Shown in pieces: positions 10,714 through 20,818 of a stretch of DNA of 64,000 nucleotides. The stretch lies in the NCBI GenBank assembly GCA_050951545.1, contig JBMNJG010000011.1:128001-192000 (forward strand), written 5' to 3'. The position numbers and the translations under genes were made by a program. How positions within the stretch are numbered: the first letter of the stretch is position 1; every line of letters begins with the position of its first letter. Source of the DNA: Limnochordia bacterium. Lineage in GTDB: Bacteria > Bacillota > Limnochordia > DTU080. The notes beneath the pieces are model-generated. The model was not told where the DNA came from. It was given only the letters and a program-made list of their open reading frames with translations, and made no database searches.

Positions 10714-11472
10714 ATGGGACAAGCACAGATCAAACGAGCCTGGTTACTGCGTAGGCTACGAGAGCGTTACGAGCATCCCGAGGAGGTGCGGGCCTATGCC
10801 GATCAGGTAGCGCAGGGACTGACACCGGAAGAGGCAGCGCTGTTGACCCGAACTCTCCCCGGGCCTTGTCGCATCGCCAACATAGGCTGCGGTGCAGGCA
10901 GAGAGGCTTTGGCTCTGTGGCGCCAGGGGTATCACGTGGTTGCCCTGGATATCTCTCGAGCCATGCTGCGTGTGGCTCGACAGTTCGCGGACGAACAACA
11001 GGCTGAACTGCCCTGTGTCTGGATGCCAAATCCGTTACGCCTGCCACTGTCTGATGCTACCTTTGACTGCGTAATCGCACTGGCTCAGCTGCTTTCTCAC
11101 ATTCCGGGGGCAAAGGCACGTATCGCCTTGCTTGCGGAAGTGCGGCGCGTCCTGGCACCAGGCGGCTTGCTTGTCGCTTCGGTGACGGATCGCCAAGCCG
11201 CGGTGGATCTGTATGATAGCGAGGAAAGCGTGGACGATGCCCTCATATCCTTGGCGGAGGAGGCGGGCTGGGAAGAGGGAGACATCTGGGTGTGGCAACC
11301 CTCGGCAGCAGAGCTAGACACACCACTATTTTTCCATCTTCACACACGACAGGAGATGGAAAGGGAGCTCCGGGCCGCGGGACTGCAGCTTGTGGAGTAC
11401 GTTGGCGGCCACGAGCTGACCCCACTAGCCGCACCGGATGCCCATCGCTACCGATTTGTTGTCGCCCGCTGA
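10714..11472 (+). CDS. Class I SAM-dependent methyltransferase
   Basis: IGCGAGRE, ALDIS and RRVLAPGG motifs; start may be TTG 10705. Confidence 0.85.
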   Translation: MGQAQIKRAWLLRRLRERYEHPEEVRAYADQVAQGLTPEEAALLTRTLPGPCRIANIGCGAGREALALWRQGYHVVALDISRAMLRVARQFADEQQAELPCVWMPNPLRLPLSDATFDCVIALAQLLSHIPGAKARIALLAEVRRVLAPGGLLVASVTDRQAAVDLYDSEESVDDALISLAEEAGWEEGDIWVWQPSAAELDTPLFFHLHTRQEMERELRAAGLQLVEYVGGHELTPLAAPDAHRYRFVVAR

Positions 11473-11474
11473 GG

Positions 11475-11508
11475 GTGGCAGAGGCCAGGTGTTACCTCCC
11501 TCTGCCAC
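11475..11508. terminator. Hairpin between convergent genes
   Basis: GTGGCAGAGG...CCTCTGCCAC 10-bp stem. Confidence 0.6.
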
Positions 11509-11516
11509 GCCGATTT

Positions 11517-13492
11517 CTAGACCATCATCTCGCTAATCAAACGGGGACAGAGGGCTTGCAGTCGCTCGGCCTTTTCGAGGGAGAAGAGTGTTTCGCCGCG
11601 AGCGCGCATGGCCAAAACTGCTGCAATCCACGCGTTTGTCCAGCCAGACTCTACGCACCAGGCCCCCCAACCCTGATCCGCGGAGCTTCCCCAGTACTCC
11701 CATAGCTCGTAGTCAAAACTACGCATCCAGGCTCCGTCGAGATAGGGATGGGCCATTGAGCGTACCTGTATGCGCAAGAGGAACTGTGTAAGCTTGTCCG
11801 CAGCCTCTTGGAGAGCAGGACTCTTGGTGGCTGCAGCTGCCTCGTGCAGACCTAGGAAAGCGTAGTTTGTTGCATATAGCAGGTCGCACGCAGGGTCACC
11901 ATTCTCTTGGATCACAGAGGCTTCGTTAGTGCCATACGCCTCGTTCGAGCTAGGCGAGGGATAGACACCCGTCTCTTTGGGCCCCATTTGCTCGCGAATT
12001 GCTCCGCACGGCTGCATGCACGCCAGAAGATCATCTGCGATGCGCTGCAACCAGCCACGATGCTCCGCTGTGTCCTCAATGCGCACTAGGAAGGCCAGGG
12101 GAAGCAGCATTCTGGCCATCTCCTGGGTGATACCATTTGTCCAACGCCACTTCGGATAGACGTCCATGGTCATGGCGAGAGCATTTTTCGTGCGGGTCAG
12201 AAAGCCTTCGAACCCAGTGAGGGCGTAGGCCCATAGATAAGCAGCCCAAAGATAGGCTTGGTAGTGGGGCGCATACGAGACCCATTCCTCGTTGTAGAAC
12301 TGCCGCCATCCATCGCTGTCTGCGGGGAAGTTCCTCAGATCGATGCGGTTGCGGCGGAAGCCTAGTGTTCCAGTTGTTCGCAGGTTAGCAAGCAGGCACC
12401 GCAGCGCGTGTTCATCCCAGCGGTTTTCATCGAGAAGCCGGGCGGCCGTCAGTGTGGATAGAAGGACACGCGCAGTGTCGTCGCCGTAGAAGTGGGCGTC
12501 CGCGTTCATACCAGTTGACCTGACCGTAAGCGGGGCTGTTGGGGTCTGTATGCAGGAAATCCGGGGCAGACCATACCAGATCGAGCATTTGGCCAGCCAA
12601 CCGCTGGTAGTAAGGATCGCCCTTCATCGCTCCGGCATAGGCCATGACCATAGCTGACTCGGCTATGCAGTCGCCGCGGGCCCAAACGCGGCGCATTTGA
12701 CGACCCTCGTGATCGATACCAGATTCGAACCCCTCAATAGCCCCTTTTTTCGTCCCCGTGCTCCAGACTACCTGGTCACGGAACCACTCGATAGAGCGGT
12801 CCAAAGCCTTCCGCTCCAGATTTGGTGGCAATGGCTCATCGGGACCAAAAGTAGGTCCAGCAGTCGGAGACCCACTTGAGCGCAGGTACTGTGTCTGACT
12901 TTGTCAGCCAGCCTAGCAGCTTTTCCCAAATTGCTTTCCAGGCGACTTGAGGTCCATAGCGGCCAGTAACGAACTGACTTAGCTTTGTGGTCGCCACCAG
13001 AACGTTCTCACCCATTCCGAAAAGGATGGGTGCAGTCTCTTCGGGTAGTCCATAGATAGCGGTATGGTAACCTGCCACTCGGGCTACTGCGAGCAATGGC
13101 TCTTGAGCTTTGATGGGTAAAAACCAGCATCCGTGTTGCGCCAGGATAGTGAGCTTGGGCAGTGCAGGGGCAAAGAAATCGGAAGAGACCACGACGCGCT
13201 CCCATGCAGTTGCTTGAGGTGACTTGATGGGTTGGTCGACCAGTGTGGCAGGATACTCGATGTAGAGTCTCAGCCGTTTGGCCGCTGCCTTGGCCAGCAG
13301 GTCGCTGCAGATCTCGTGGGACGGGCGCGGGTAGGTATCAGCCAGTAGCAGTAGGGCAGTGCCTGTAGGCACCTCAGATAGGGCTTCGGGCAGAGCACAA
13401 AAGCGCAGGCAGGAGTAGCCACAATCCACGAGGACACGATAGAGGTCGTTGCTCTCAGAGCAGACGAGGGCGATGGGTTTTTCTGGGTGCAC
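11517..13492 (-). pseudogene. Doubly frameshifted ~658-aa hypothetical protein, probably with an (alpha/alpha)-barrel glycosidase-like C-terminal region
   Basis: Three abutting or overlapping ORFs (12836-13492, 12427-12831, 11517-12509) join into one protein-like sequence if one base is removed near 12870 and one near 12495. Confidence 0.7.
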
Positions 13493-13589
13493 GCTGTAGT
13501 TCCTCCCCGGAAAGTCGTGTTACGCTGTGCGGGCATGTCGGCGGCTGCGCGTGGTTGGCCGCCGACACGCGTACTCCTTGGTGCTTTGC

Positions 13590-14606
13590 TCACCCGTCAA
13601 TATTCTGGCGGGCACCACCTTCAGCCACAGACGTTAGAGCTGCGTTGGCCGCTTCGATAGCCCGCACACCGTCCCGGCCGCTGGCCAGATCGATCAGATG
13701 GCCTTTGGCGATCGAGGCGACAAAAAGGTTGTACATCTCAGCGAAGGCTTTTCGGTAGCCTATGTCCTCTCGACGCACGCCCTTGGGCGATTGTACGACA
13801 AGACGGAGCTTGCCGCCAGGAAGATGCTCTAGAAAAGCGGTGCCGTTATCTCCCTCGATGTCGATGCGGTTGATGTGGTAGCGCTCTGACGATGTGACTG
13901 TATGTCCGAATACCCAGCTCTCGTCGATGACGGCTACTGCTCCGTTTGCCATCCGGCATGTCGCTACGACATGGTCGGGGTAGGGGTACTCCTCCATAAA
14001 AAGGCCATTTGCCATCACCTGGGAGTACTCGCTCTGAGAGAACCAACGAGCCAGGTCGAAGAAGTGAACCCCACAGTCAAAGATGGGTCCCTTTCCCTCG
14101 GTCATAAGCAAGCGATGGCGCTCAATACCAGCCCACCGGGGGCCTGACCAGTTGTAGACGAGACGAAGAAAGCGGACATTTCCGATTTCACCTGCATCAA
14201 TAGCCTTCTTAATCAGGCGGTGGGCAGCATCAGCTCGCAGTTCGAAGTTTACTGCCAGCAGACGGTTGGCGTCCTCTGCGGCCTTAACCAGCTGCCAGCC
14301 GCGTTCGACAGTGTCAGTAATCGGTTTCTCGCAGAACACGTGCTTACCAGCGGCCACTGCGTCCATAGCTATGGCGAAATGGCTGGTGACTGGAGTGGCT
14401 ATGGTGACCGCGTCGATATCTTCCTGAGCCAGCAACTCCCGATAATCCGTGTACAGACGGCTGACACCGTGCTTAGCACCTAGCTCTTTCAGGCGCGGGC
14501 CGTTGAGATCCGATAGAGCTACCAGAGAGATCTCAGGATGCTCGGCTAACGCGGGGATGTGCCCGTATCCAGCTACTGTACCACAACCAATGACACCAAA
14601 TCGCAC
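13590..14606 (-). CDS. Gfo/Idh/MocA family oxidoreductase
   Basis: GVIGCGTVA, HVFCEKP and DCGVHFFD; AGGAGG RBS. Confidence 0.92.
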   Translation of the reverse strand: MRFGVIGCGTVAGYGHIPALAEHPEISLVALSDLNGPRLKELGAKHGVSRLYTDYRELLAQEDIDAVTIATPVTSHFAIAMDAVAAGKHVFCEKPITDTVERGWQLVKAAEDANRLLAVNFELRADAAHRLIKKAIDAGEIGNVRFLRLVYNWSGPRWAGIERHRLLMTEGKGPIFDCGVHFFDLARWFSQSEYSQVMANGLFMEEYPYPDHVVATCRMANGAVAVIDESWVFGHTVTSSERYHINRIDIEGDNGTAFLEHLPGGKLRLVVQSPKGVRREDIGYRKAFAEMYNLFVASIAKGHLIDLASGRDGVRAIEAANAALTSVAEGGARQNIDG

Positions 14607-14688
14607 TACTACCGCCTCCTAATGTGTTGACCCAAAAGCGATACTTCGCTTCGCTACCAGCGGCTCCTGCTGAGACGTATGAAGCGCG

Positions 14689-14725
14689 AAGCAGGCCATC
14701 CGACTGTGGCTCAGAGGGCCTGCTT
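14689..14725 (-). terminator. Hairpin downstream of hsp20
   Basis: AAGCAGGCC...GGCCTGCTT 9-bp stem. Confidence 0.55.
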
Positions 14726-14753
14726 GCTGGCTTTCCTTGCTAATGTGCGTTGG

Positions 14754-15182
14754 TCAATCGAGTTGGGCAGGGCGATCATTCACCTGAAGCTTAATGGTTT
14801 TGCTCTTCGCTGGTGTCGTCTTCGGCACCTGAATTCTCAGAATGCCGTTCTTGTACTCGGCCACTGCCTCATCGTATTTCACTGACACAGGGAACGAGAT
14901 GCTCCTTTGGAAACTACCGTACCGTCTCTCGATACGACGGTATCCCTGGCGATCAATGCCGCTGTCTTGCTTGACTTCGCCACTGATGGTGAGACCGTCT
15001 TCGCTGATCATCAACTCGAGGTCGTCTGGGTCTACTCCTGGGATTTCCGCGTGTACTGAGATATGGCCGTTTGTTTCTGCCACATCCACTGATGGGCCCC
15101 AAAACGGGGCGAAAACACGGTCGATGCTCTCTCGCATTCTCGACAGCTCGCTGTAGGGGTTCCAGCGCACCAGGTCGGTCAT
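14754..15182 (-). CDS. Hsp20/alpha-crystallin small heat-shock protein
   Basis: PSVDVAET, AEIPGV, ERRYGSFQR and AEYKNGIL.I..PK; AGGAGGG RBS before ATG 15182. Confidence 0.93.
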   Translation of the reverse strand: MTDLVRWNPYSELSRMRESIDRVFAPFWGPSVDVAETNGHISVHAEIPGVDPDDLELMISEDGLTISGEVKQDSGIDRQGYRRIERRYGSFQRSISFPVSVKYDEAVAEYKNGILRIQVPKTTPAKSKTIKLQVNDRPAQLD

Positions 15183-15303
15183 GTGTATCCCTCCTGACCT
15201 CGATTTTGCCCTGATAGGGAACGCAGTATGAGTACCCATGCATAGGAACTGCAAAAAGGAGAAGAATACCCTCAGATTGGAAAGCAAGAAAGGAGACATT
15301 TGC

Positions 15304-15540
15304 GTGGATACATTGCGGGCTATCGCTCTCACTATCATCATTGTGGGCGCTCTGAATTGGGGCCTAGTCGGCCTATTTGACTTCGATCTCGTGCAGTCAA
15401 TCTTTGGAGGGACCTCCACCTATTCACCTAGCATGGCCTCCAGGGTCATCTATGTGCTTGTTGGGCTCTCTGGTCTGTATGCCTTTAGCTTCTATCGCTT
15501 CAGCGGTGACGAACGAGTCCGTCAGGGTGACAATCGGTAG
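15304..15540 (+). CDS. DUF378 (YuzA-like) small membrane protein
   Basis: IVGALNWGLVGLF.FDLV..IFG and RVIYVLVGLSGLY. Confidence 0.9.
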   Translation: MDTLRAIALTIIIVGALNWGLVGLFDFDLVQSIFGGTSTYSPSMASRVIYVLVGLSGLYAFSFYRFSGDERVRQGDNR

Positions 15541-15609
15541 AGCCTGTCGCTTTGATGGCCAGAAGGAACCCACCGCCAAGGACCGAAAATGGCGGTGGAG
15601 GTGCTAGCG

Positions 15610-16371
15610 GTGAAGCTATCGGTCTGCATTGAGATGATAGGCAAAGAAGTGCCGTTTCTGGAGCGCATAGCGCTGGCCGCTGAGGCCGGGTACAACGCTA
15701 TTGAGTTCTGGAGCTGGGCGAACAAAGACATCGACGCTATTGCGGCAGCAGCCATGGCATCGAATGTGACGGTCGCTGGGATGGTGGCGACGTCAGGCAA
15801 ACTGGTCGATCCTAGCCTACGAGATAGGCTCGTGGAGGAAGTAAAATCAACCATTGAAGTCGCTAAGCGGTTGAGCTGCACAACACTCATCGTGACCACC
15901 GGAAACGAACTGCCAGATATGCCTCGCGCTCAGCAGCATGACAGTGTCGTGGCTGGCCTTAAGAAGGTAGCTCCTTTGGCAGAACAGGCCGGAATGGTTC
16001 TCGTGTTGGAGCCGCTTAACCTTCTGGTCGATCATCAGGGTTACTACCTGAGCACATCGCCCGAAGGTTTCGACATCATCCGCCAGGTTGATAGTCCAGC
16101 GGTGCGCTTGCTCTTTGATGTCTATCACCAGCAGGTAACTGAAGGGAATGTGACGGCGAACATGCTAGCCAATTTGGATCTAATTGGTCATGTCCATGTG
16201 GCCGATGTGCCTGGTCGTCATGAGCCCGGGACGGGCGAGCTCAACTATGGGAACATATGCAGGATGCTTAGCGACGCGGGCTACGACGGCTATGTTGGAC
16301 TGGAGTTCAAGCCGACGAGACCTTCCCAAGAAGTGCTTCGCTCGGTGTATGAGCTCTGCCGTCCAATCTGA
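15610..16371 (+). CDS. Hydroxypyruvate isomerase / xylose-isomerase-like TIM barrel protein
   Basis: LVLEPLN, LLFDVYHQQV.EG and HVHVADVPGRHEPGTGELNY. Confidence 0.88.
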   Translation: MKLSVCIEMIGKEVPFLERIALAAEAGYNAIEFWSWANKDIDAIAAAAMASNVTVAGMVATSGKLVDPSLRDRLVEEVKSTIEVAKRLSCTTLIVTTGNELPDMPRAQQHDSVVAGLKKVAPLAEQAGMVLVLEPLNLLVDHQGYYLSTSPEGFDIIRQVDSPAVRLLFDVYHQQVTEGNVTANMLANLDLIGHVHVADVPGRHEPGTGELNYGNICRMLSDAGYDGYVGLEFKPTRPSQEVLRSVYELCRPI

Positions 16372-16705
16372 TAGGCAACGCAGGCGACACGCTGTGAGCA
16401 GGCTCTGCTTAGGATTACATCGACATTTGTGGAGCCATGTTCCACGGTGCAGGGAGCTAGCGCAACGCTAAGTAGATGGTTGAAAATGGGTGATGGTTAC
16501 GATTGGTTCCGGTCAACGGCTGAAACCGCGGTACTACACGAGGTCATCTGCCACAGAGGTCTTGGGCAGACGGGCTCTGCAGTGGTAGACTGAAACTGCG
16601 GGTGTGGCGTGATCCTGGCCTGAAGGCGCAGTTGATGGCTAAGTTCATGGATGAACAGTCGATGAAGCGTCACAGGAGAGCCAAGGAAGGGCAGATCCAG
16701 GATCG

Positions 16706-16743
16706 GGCGAGGAGGCAGTGGATTGCTCCACTGCCTCTTCGCC
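16706..16743. other. 17-bp hairpin upstream of the DNA methyltransferase
   Basis: GGCGAGGAGGCAGTGGA-ttgc-TCCACTGCCTCTTCGCC (16 Watson-Crick pairs plus 1 G-U). Confidence 0.6.
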
Positions 16744-16795
16744 ATGTGTTCTCAAAAGCAGGATGACCACCTTCCCACGGCCAAATAGCTAGCAG

Positions 16796-18655
16796 ATGCA
16801 ATGGCTGGTCAAGGAGAGTGAAGGGTTCTTGCCAAAGAGCACATCCTGGGGCTTGCGTTACCGACAGGCTTTAGACATGGAGCGACGGGCCGAGCAGGCA
16901 CTGCTGGGGCCAACCAATACTGATGATACGCATTGGAGCAAGAGGCGGAGGGGCCCTACAGGTGCTTTTTACACTCCGTATCACCTCGTGCGTTTTCTCG
17001 TGCGCTACACGCTTCAGCCAGTTCTCATAGATATCTATCGGCGGGCGAGGCGGGTTGCTCAGCAGGAGAGCCGAGCACATTTGTGTTTGCTCCATCAAGA
17101 GGCCGCGCATCTGCAGGTCTTAGATCCAGCCTGTGGTTGTGGCCGCTTCCTTTTGGTAGCTTTTCGTTCCTTACGTTGCCTGCACCTACGGTTGGCACTG
17201 CACATGGCGCGTCTCGAGGGCAGTGAGGTATCATTGTCAGCACTCGAAGCCCTGGCGAATCGTCGGGCCCTCAATTGCCTTCGCGGTATCGATATCCACG
17301 AGCAGGCAGTGGCTGCGACAAGAGCTGTCTTGCTCCATGCTGCAGGTGAAGTCAGCGAGGCGTGCCCTCATCTACAAGTAGCCGACGTTACGCTCGCTGG
17401 TGATGTTATCCCCACTGATGTTGACGTCTGCATTGGGAACCCGCCTTGGGGTGCTGTAGGCGCACGTCGGGCCGCTCGGGCCCTAGGGATGCCAGCCACC
17501 AATGCCAACACCTTCGGCTTCTTCTTGATCCGCTGCCTGGATAGCCTGGCCCCTGGTGGTCGGCTTGGGTTTGTGCTTCCGCGCAATTTCTGCAAGGGCA
17601 ATGACTATGAACTTCTTCGACGCGAATTACTTACCCGCACATGCGTGGAGTGGATAGGCGATGCTGGCCGAGCCTTTCCGGGGGTTACGCAGGAAGCAGT
17701 GGTCGTAGTGGCTAGACGCCAACAGGTAGGGGAGAGACCAGGCAAGGTACGTATTGCCTCCGTAGCGGAGTCGCAGGAACGCGTGCTGCGGGCCCTTGAT
17801 CAGATGACCGTTCGCAAGACGCCGCGCAGTGTCATTCCTCTCACTGCAGATCAGCGCGTTCTCGAGGTGCTTGATGACATGGATCGCGCAGCTGGGGCTT
17901 GGCGTCTGCGGAACTGGGTTGCGTGGGGGCGGGGCCTCGAATACGGGCAAGATGGCGCTCTCGTTCGCTGCCCTGAATGTGGGGCCTATAACTCTCTCCC
18001 GAAAAAGAAACGTTCTGCGAAGCCATGTAGCCTGTGCGGAGCAGAAGTGGCTACTCAGGCTGTGCACTACCGTCTGGTGAGCCGTACTCGCGACAGTACG
18101 CATACCGCGGCAGTCTACGTGGGACGTCATGTGCGGCGCTACCGACTAGAGGCGCCCTACTGGCTAGATCCTGCGGTGCGAGGAGTCTCCTATAAGACGT
18201 CAGCACTGTTCGAGCAGCCCAAGATACTGCTACCGAAAATATCGCCTTCTCTTGCCGCTGCAGTAGACATCAGCGATGCATTCGTGACCCAGGGTGTCTA
18301 CATACTGCGGCCGCGCCTGGCACCGTGGAGTCTTTTCTCACTCGCCGGGTTGATCAATAGCTCGGCGCTCAGTTTCTACTACGAGTACCGCTTCAACGAT
18401 GGTGCAGTCTTGACCACCAACGTGACGCTGGCCAATCTGCTTGCTCTGCCTGTACCCGATACTGCGACCTGTCCCGAGGCATTAGTGACGCTCGAGGGAG
18501 GGGCACGGTTGCTTTCACATGAGACAGACGAAGAGGCGGATCTAGCCGTAAACAGGGCTGTGACCAGGTTGTTTGGCTTGTCTACAGCCCAGAGGACACT
18601 GATTAGGGACTGGTGGCAAAGCAACGCTGCGGAAGGCGCTACTCTGAGTGGGTAA
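16796..18655 (+). CDS. Orphan N6-adenine DNA methyltransferase (gamma class, TaqI/Eco57I-like) with a zinc-ribbon insert
   Basis: GAFYTP (motif X), LDPACGCGRFL (motif I), GNPPW (motif IV), TaqI_C-like PKILL...LINS region, and CPEC-x16-CSLC. Confidence 0.85.
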   Translation: MQWLVKESEGFLPKSTSWGLRYRQALDMERRAEQALLGPTNTDDTHWSKRRRGPTGAFYTPYHLVRFLVRYTLQPVLIDIYRRARRVAQQESRAHLCLLHQEAAHLQVLDPACGCGRFLLVAFRSLRCLHLRLALHMARLEGSEVSLSALEALANRRALNCLRGIDIHEQAVAATRAVLLHAAGEVSEACPHLQVADVTLAGDVIPTDVDVCIGNPPWGAVGARRAARALGMPATNANTFGFFLIRCLDSLAPGGRLGFVLPRNFCKGNDYELLRRELLTRTCVEWIGDAGRAFPGVTQEAVVVVARRQQVGERPGKVRIASVAESQERVLRALDQMTVRKTPRSVIPLTADQRVLEVLDDMDRAAGAWRLRNWVAWGRGLEYGQDGALVRCPECGAYNSLPKKKRSAKPCSLCGAEVATQAVHYRLVSRTRDSTHTAAVYVGRHVRRYRLEAPYWLDPAVRGVSYKTSALFEQPKILLPKISPSLAAAVDISDAFVTQGVYILRPRLAPWSLFSLAGLINSSALSFYYEYRFNDGAVLTTNVTLANLLALPVPDTATCPEALVTLEGGARLLSHETDEEADLAVNRAVTRLFGLSTAQRTLIRDWWQSNAAEGATLSG

Positions 18656-19553
18656 GATCGGCTCGTGTCTGCTGTTTGCCTAAGCCGGGTGTGGCGCCCA
18701 GGAATATTCCAAGGATCACGGCTCCTAGTCCCACAATCTGTAGTGCTGTGATGCTTTCATGCAGGAAGATGGAGGCCGTGATTAGGGAGACGAACGGCAT
18801 GACGTTGGCGAACATGCTGGTGGTGCTGGCTCCGATCTCTTGGATGGAGCGGTTCCATAGATAGTTGCAGTACCCAGTGGCAATAGTGGCGGAGGCGATG
18901 GCAGCGATCCAGAAAATGGGGCCAGGCAGCTTCTGAGGTATTCCGTGGCGCATCACGTTCATGGTCGCAGGAAGAAGAAGCATCAGCGCGCCATATATCT
19001 GTATCATTGCCGTCAGTTGCAGGGGAGGAATGAGGTCGCGAGCTTTCTTGACAAAGATGCCACCCATGACGTAGGTAAGCATGGCCCCAAAGATCAGCAG
19101 CTCCGCCACGCCGATCTTTGTACCCATCAGGTGCCATTCATTGGCGACAGCTGCTACCACCCCGCCGAAACCGATCAAAACCCCTGTTAGACGCCTTCTT
19201 GTCAGAGGCTCATCAAGTACGAAGTGGGCGATTACGGCGGTGGCCAGAGGGTTAAGACTTAAGATAAGTGAGCTAAGGCCAGCCTTGGCCAAAGGCATGC
19301 CGCGCGCTAGACAGACTTGGTGTAGAAAAACGGCACAGAATGCGGCCCGCAACGCCAGGCGTCTGGCTTCAGGCACAATCTTCCTTCTTCTATGGCGGGC
19401 AGCAACGGGTATGAGGATGAGAGCCGCCATAGCCATACGAAAGGCCTGTAACTCGAGAGGTGGAAAATGGGAAAACAGGGCCTTGATCAGTACCGTGTTT
19501 GCTCCCCAGACCGTTGTGGCAAACATCAGGCGGAGGAGCTGGCGCGTCGACAT
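18639..19553 (-). CDS. DMT/EamA family transporter
   Basis: About 10 TM helices; WG, LNPL...AHFVLDE and FLHE duplicated EamA halves. Confidence 0.9.
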   Translation of the reverse strand: MSTRQLLRLMFATTVWGANTVLIKALFSHFPPLELQAFRMAMAALILIPVAARHRRRKIVPEARRLALRAAFCAVFLHQVCLARGMPLAKAGLSSLILSLNPLATAVIAHFVLDEPLTRRRLTGVLIGFGGVVAAVANEWHLMGTKIGVAELLIFGAMLTYVMGGIFVKKARDLIPPLQLTAMIQIYGALMLLLPATMNVMRHGIPQKLPGPIFWIAAIASATIATGYCNYLWNRSIQEIGASTTSMFANVMPFVSLITASIFLHESITALQIVGLGAVILGIFLGATPGLGKQQTRADLTHSE

Positions 19554-19655
19554 GTGCAATGCTTGTTGCCCTCGTTTCGAAACCGCAAGGTGGAAGTCTC
19601 AGGCATTGCCTGCCTGCGCCTAACCTTGTTCGGTCAAACCGCTCCGGTAAGCGGC

Positions 19656-20066
19656 CTAGATCTTTAGTGGCAGGATTGTAGCTAAGATAGCACCGGTACT
19701 CATGGCTGCAAACATGTTTGCAGCTAGACCTACCAGTAGCAGCGCAGGCACCTCAAAAAACGGGTCTGGAAAGAGCATGATCCCCGACCAGCAGACGCCA
19801 ATGAGACAGATAGCGACGAAAGCGGGACCGATAAGAGGGTGTGGGTGGACACGGGCCGCTCCAAAATACCCGATCAGGCCAAAGATCGCCAGATTGAGGT
19901 TTGGGATGGGTAACACCGAGGCAGCCAGGGACCCCACTACGACAAGAAGAATACATGATAGCCCTGCTGCAAGCTGTTGGCGTGGCGAGATCGGGAAAAG
20001 ACGAAAGCCCCGAAGCCCCAGTTCCTTAATGCCCAACGGGTTCCATGAGATGGAGATGCGAGACAT
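19656..20066 (-). CDS. Hypothetical membrane protein (about 4 TM)
   Basis: Hydrophobic ORF with an AAGGAG RBS before ATG 20066. Confidence 0.6.
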   Translation of the reverse strand: MSRISISWNPLGIKELGLRGFRLFPISPRQQLAAGLSCILLVVVGSLAASVLPIPNLNLAIFGLIGYFGAARVHPHPLIGPAFVAICLIGVCWSGIMLFPDPFFEVPALLLVGLAANMFAAMSTGAILATILPLKI

Positions 20067-20256
20067 GGTACGGGCTCCTTTTCTTCGATATGTTCCGTAC
20101 AGGTGGGCCTCAGGCGCGTCTCCCCAAGACATCTGGCGAGAGCGGCTAATACGGTGTATGTGTCTACGTAGTTCTGCGTGCACGGCCAAAACCCCTTGTA
20201 GGCATTGGGGAATGCGTGTACCCGACGTTTGTACGCATTAATGACAGAAGGGGCAG

Positions 20257-20697
20257 ATGGCGGATATGGAGAAAGTCTATGCCATCGGTGTCGATCCGGG
20301 TAGCCACAAGTGCGGTATGGCAGTGGTGACCATGGCCGGGGTTTGCGTCGCTCGGTGTGTCGTCCATGTGGACGACTTCGAGCCGGTATTCTCCCAACTG
20401 GTACGGGAGTATCACCCCGCAGTAGCGGTGCTAGGTGATCGTACGGCAGCGGACGAGTTTCGCAGACGCTTGGAGCAGCTGACCCATGCGCTTGATTACC
20501 CCATCGAGATTCATATGGTATCAGAGCACCTGTCTAGTGAGGAAGGGCGGCGTCGCTACCTGCGGGCACATCGAAAAGGCTGGCGGCTTTTTGTGCCATT
20601 AGGGTTGCAGTGGCCCAGCGAACCGTATGACGATCATGTGGCTGAGGTTCTCGTCCTTCGCTATCTGCGGCAAGGGGGTACGCTAAGAGATCCGTAG
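20257..20697 (+). CDS. YqgF/RuvX-like RNase H-fold nuclease
   Basis: IGVDPGSHKCG, VLGD.T, E..SSEE.RRRY and P.DD..A motifs. Confidence 0.85.
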   Translation: MADMEKVYAIGVDPGSHKCGMAVVTMAGVCVARCVVHVDDFEPVFSQLVREYHPAVAVLGDRTAADEFRRRLEQLTHALDYPIEIHMVSEHLSSEEGRRRYLRAHRKGWRLFVPLGLQWPSEPYDDHVAEVLVLRYLRQGGTLRDP

Positions 20698-20818
20698 CCA
20701 ACCGTGGAAAAGAAGCAGGTACTGGCAGGCAGAATGGAGAATCTTTCTACACGGCATGAGGGAAGATGCCGGAAGGGTCGTGAGTCTCATGGGAGCGCTC
20801 CAAAGAGCAGGTGGCTGC

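Noticed and set aside
16497-16745. 82-aa minus-strand ORF
   Set aside because: No clear RBS or recognisable motif, and its start lies at the edge of a strong hairpin.
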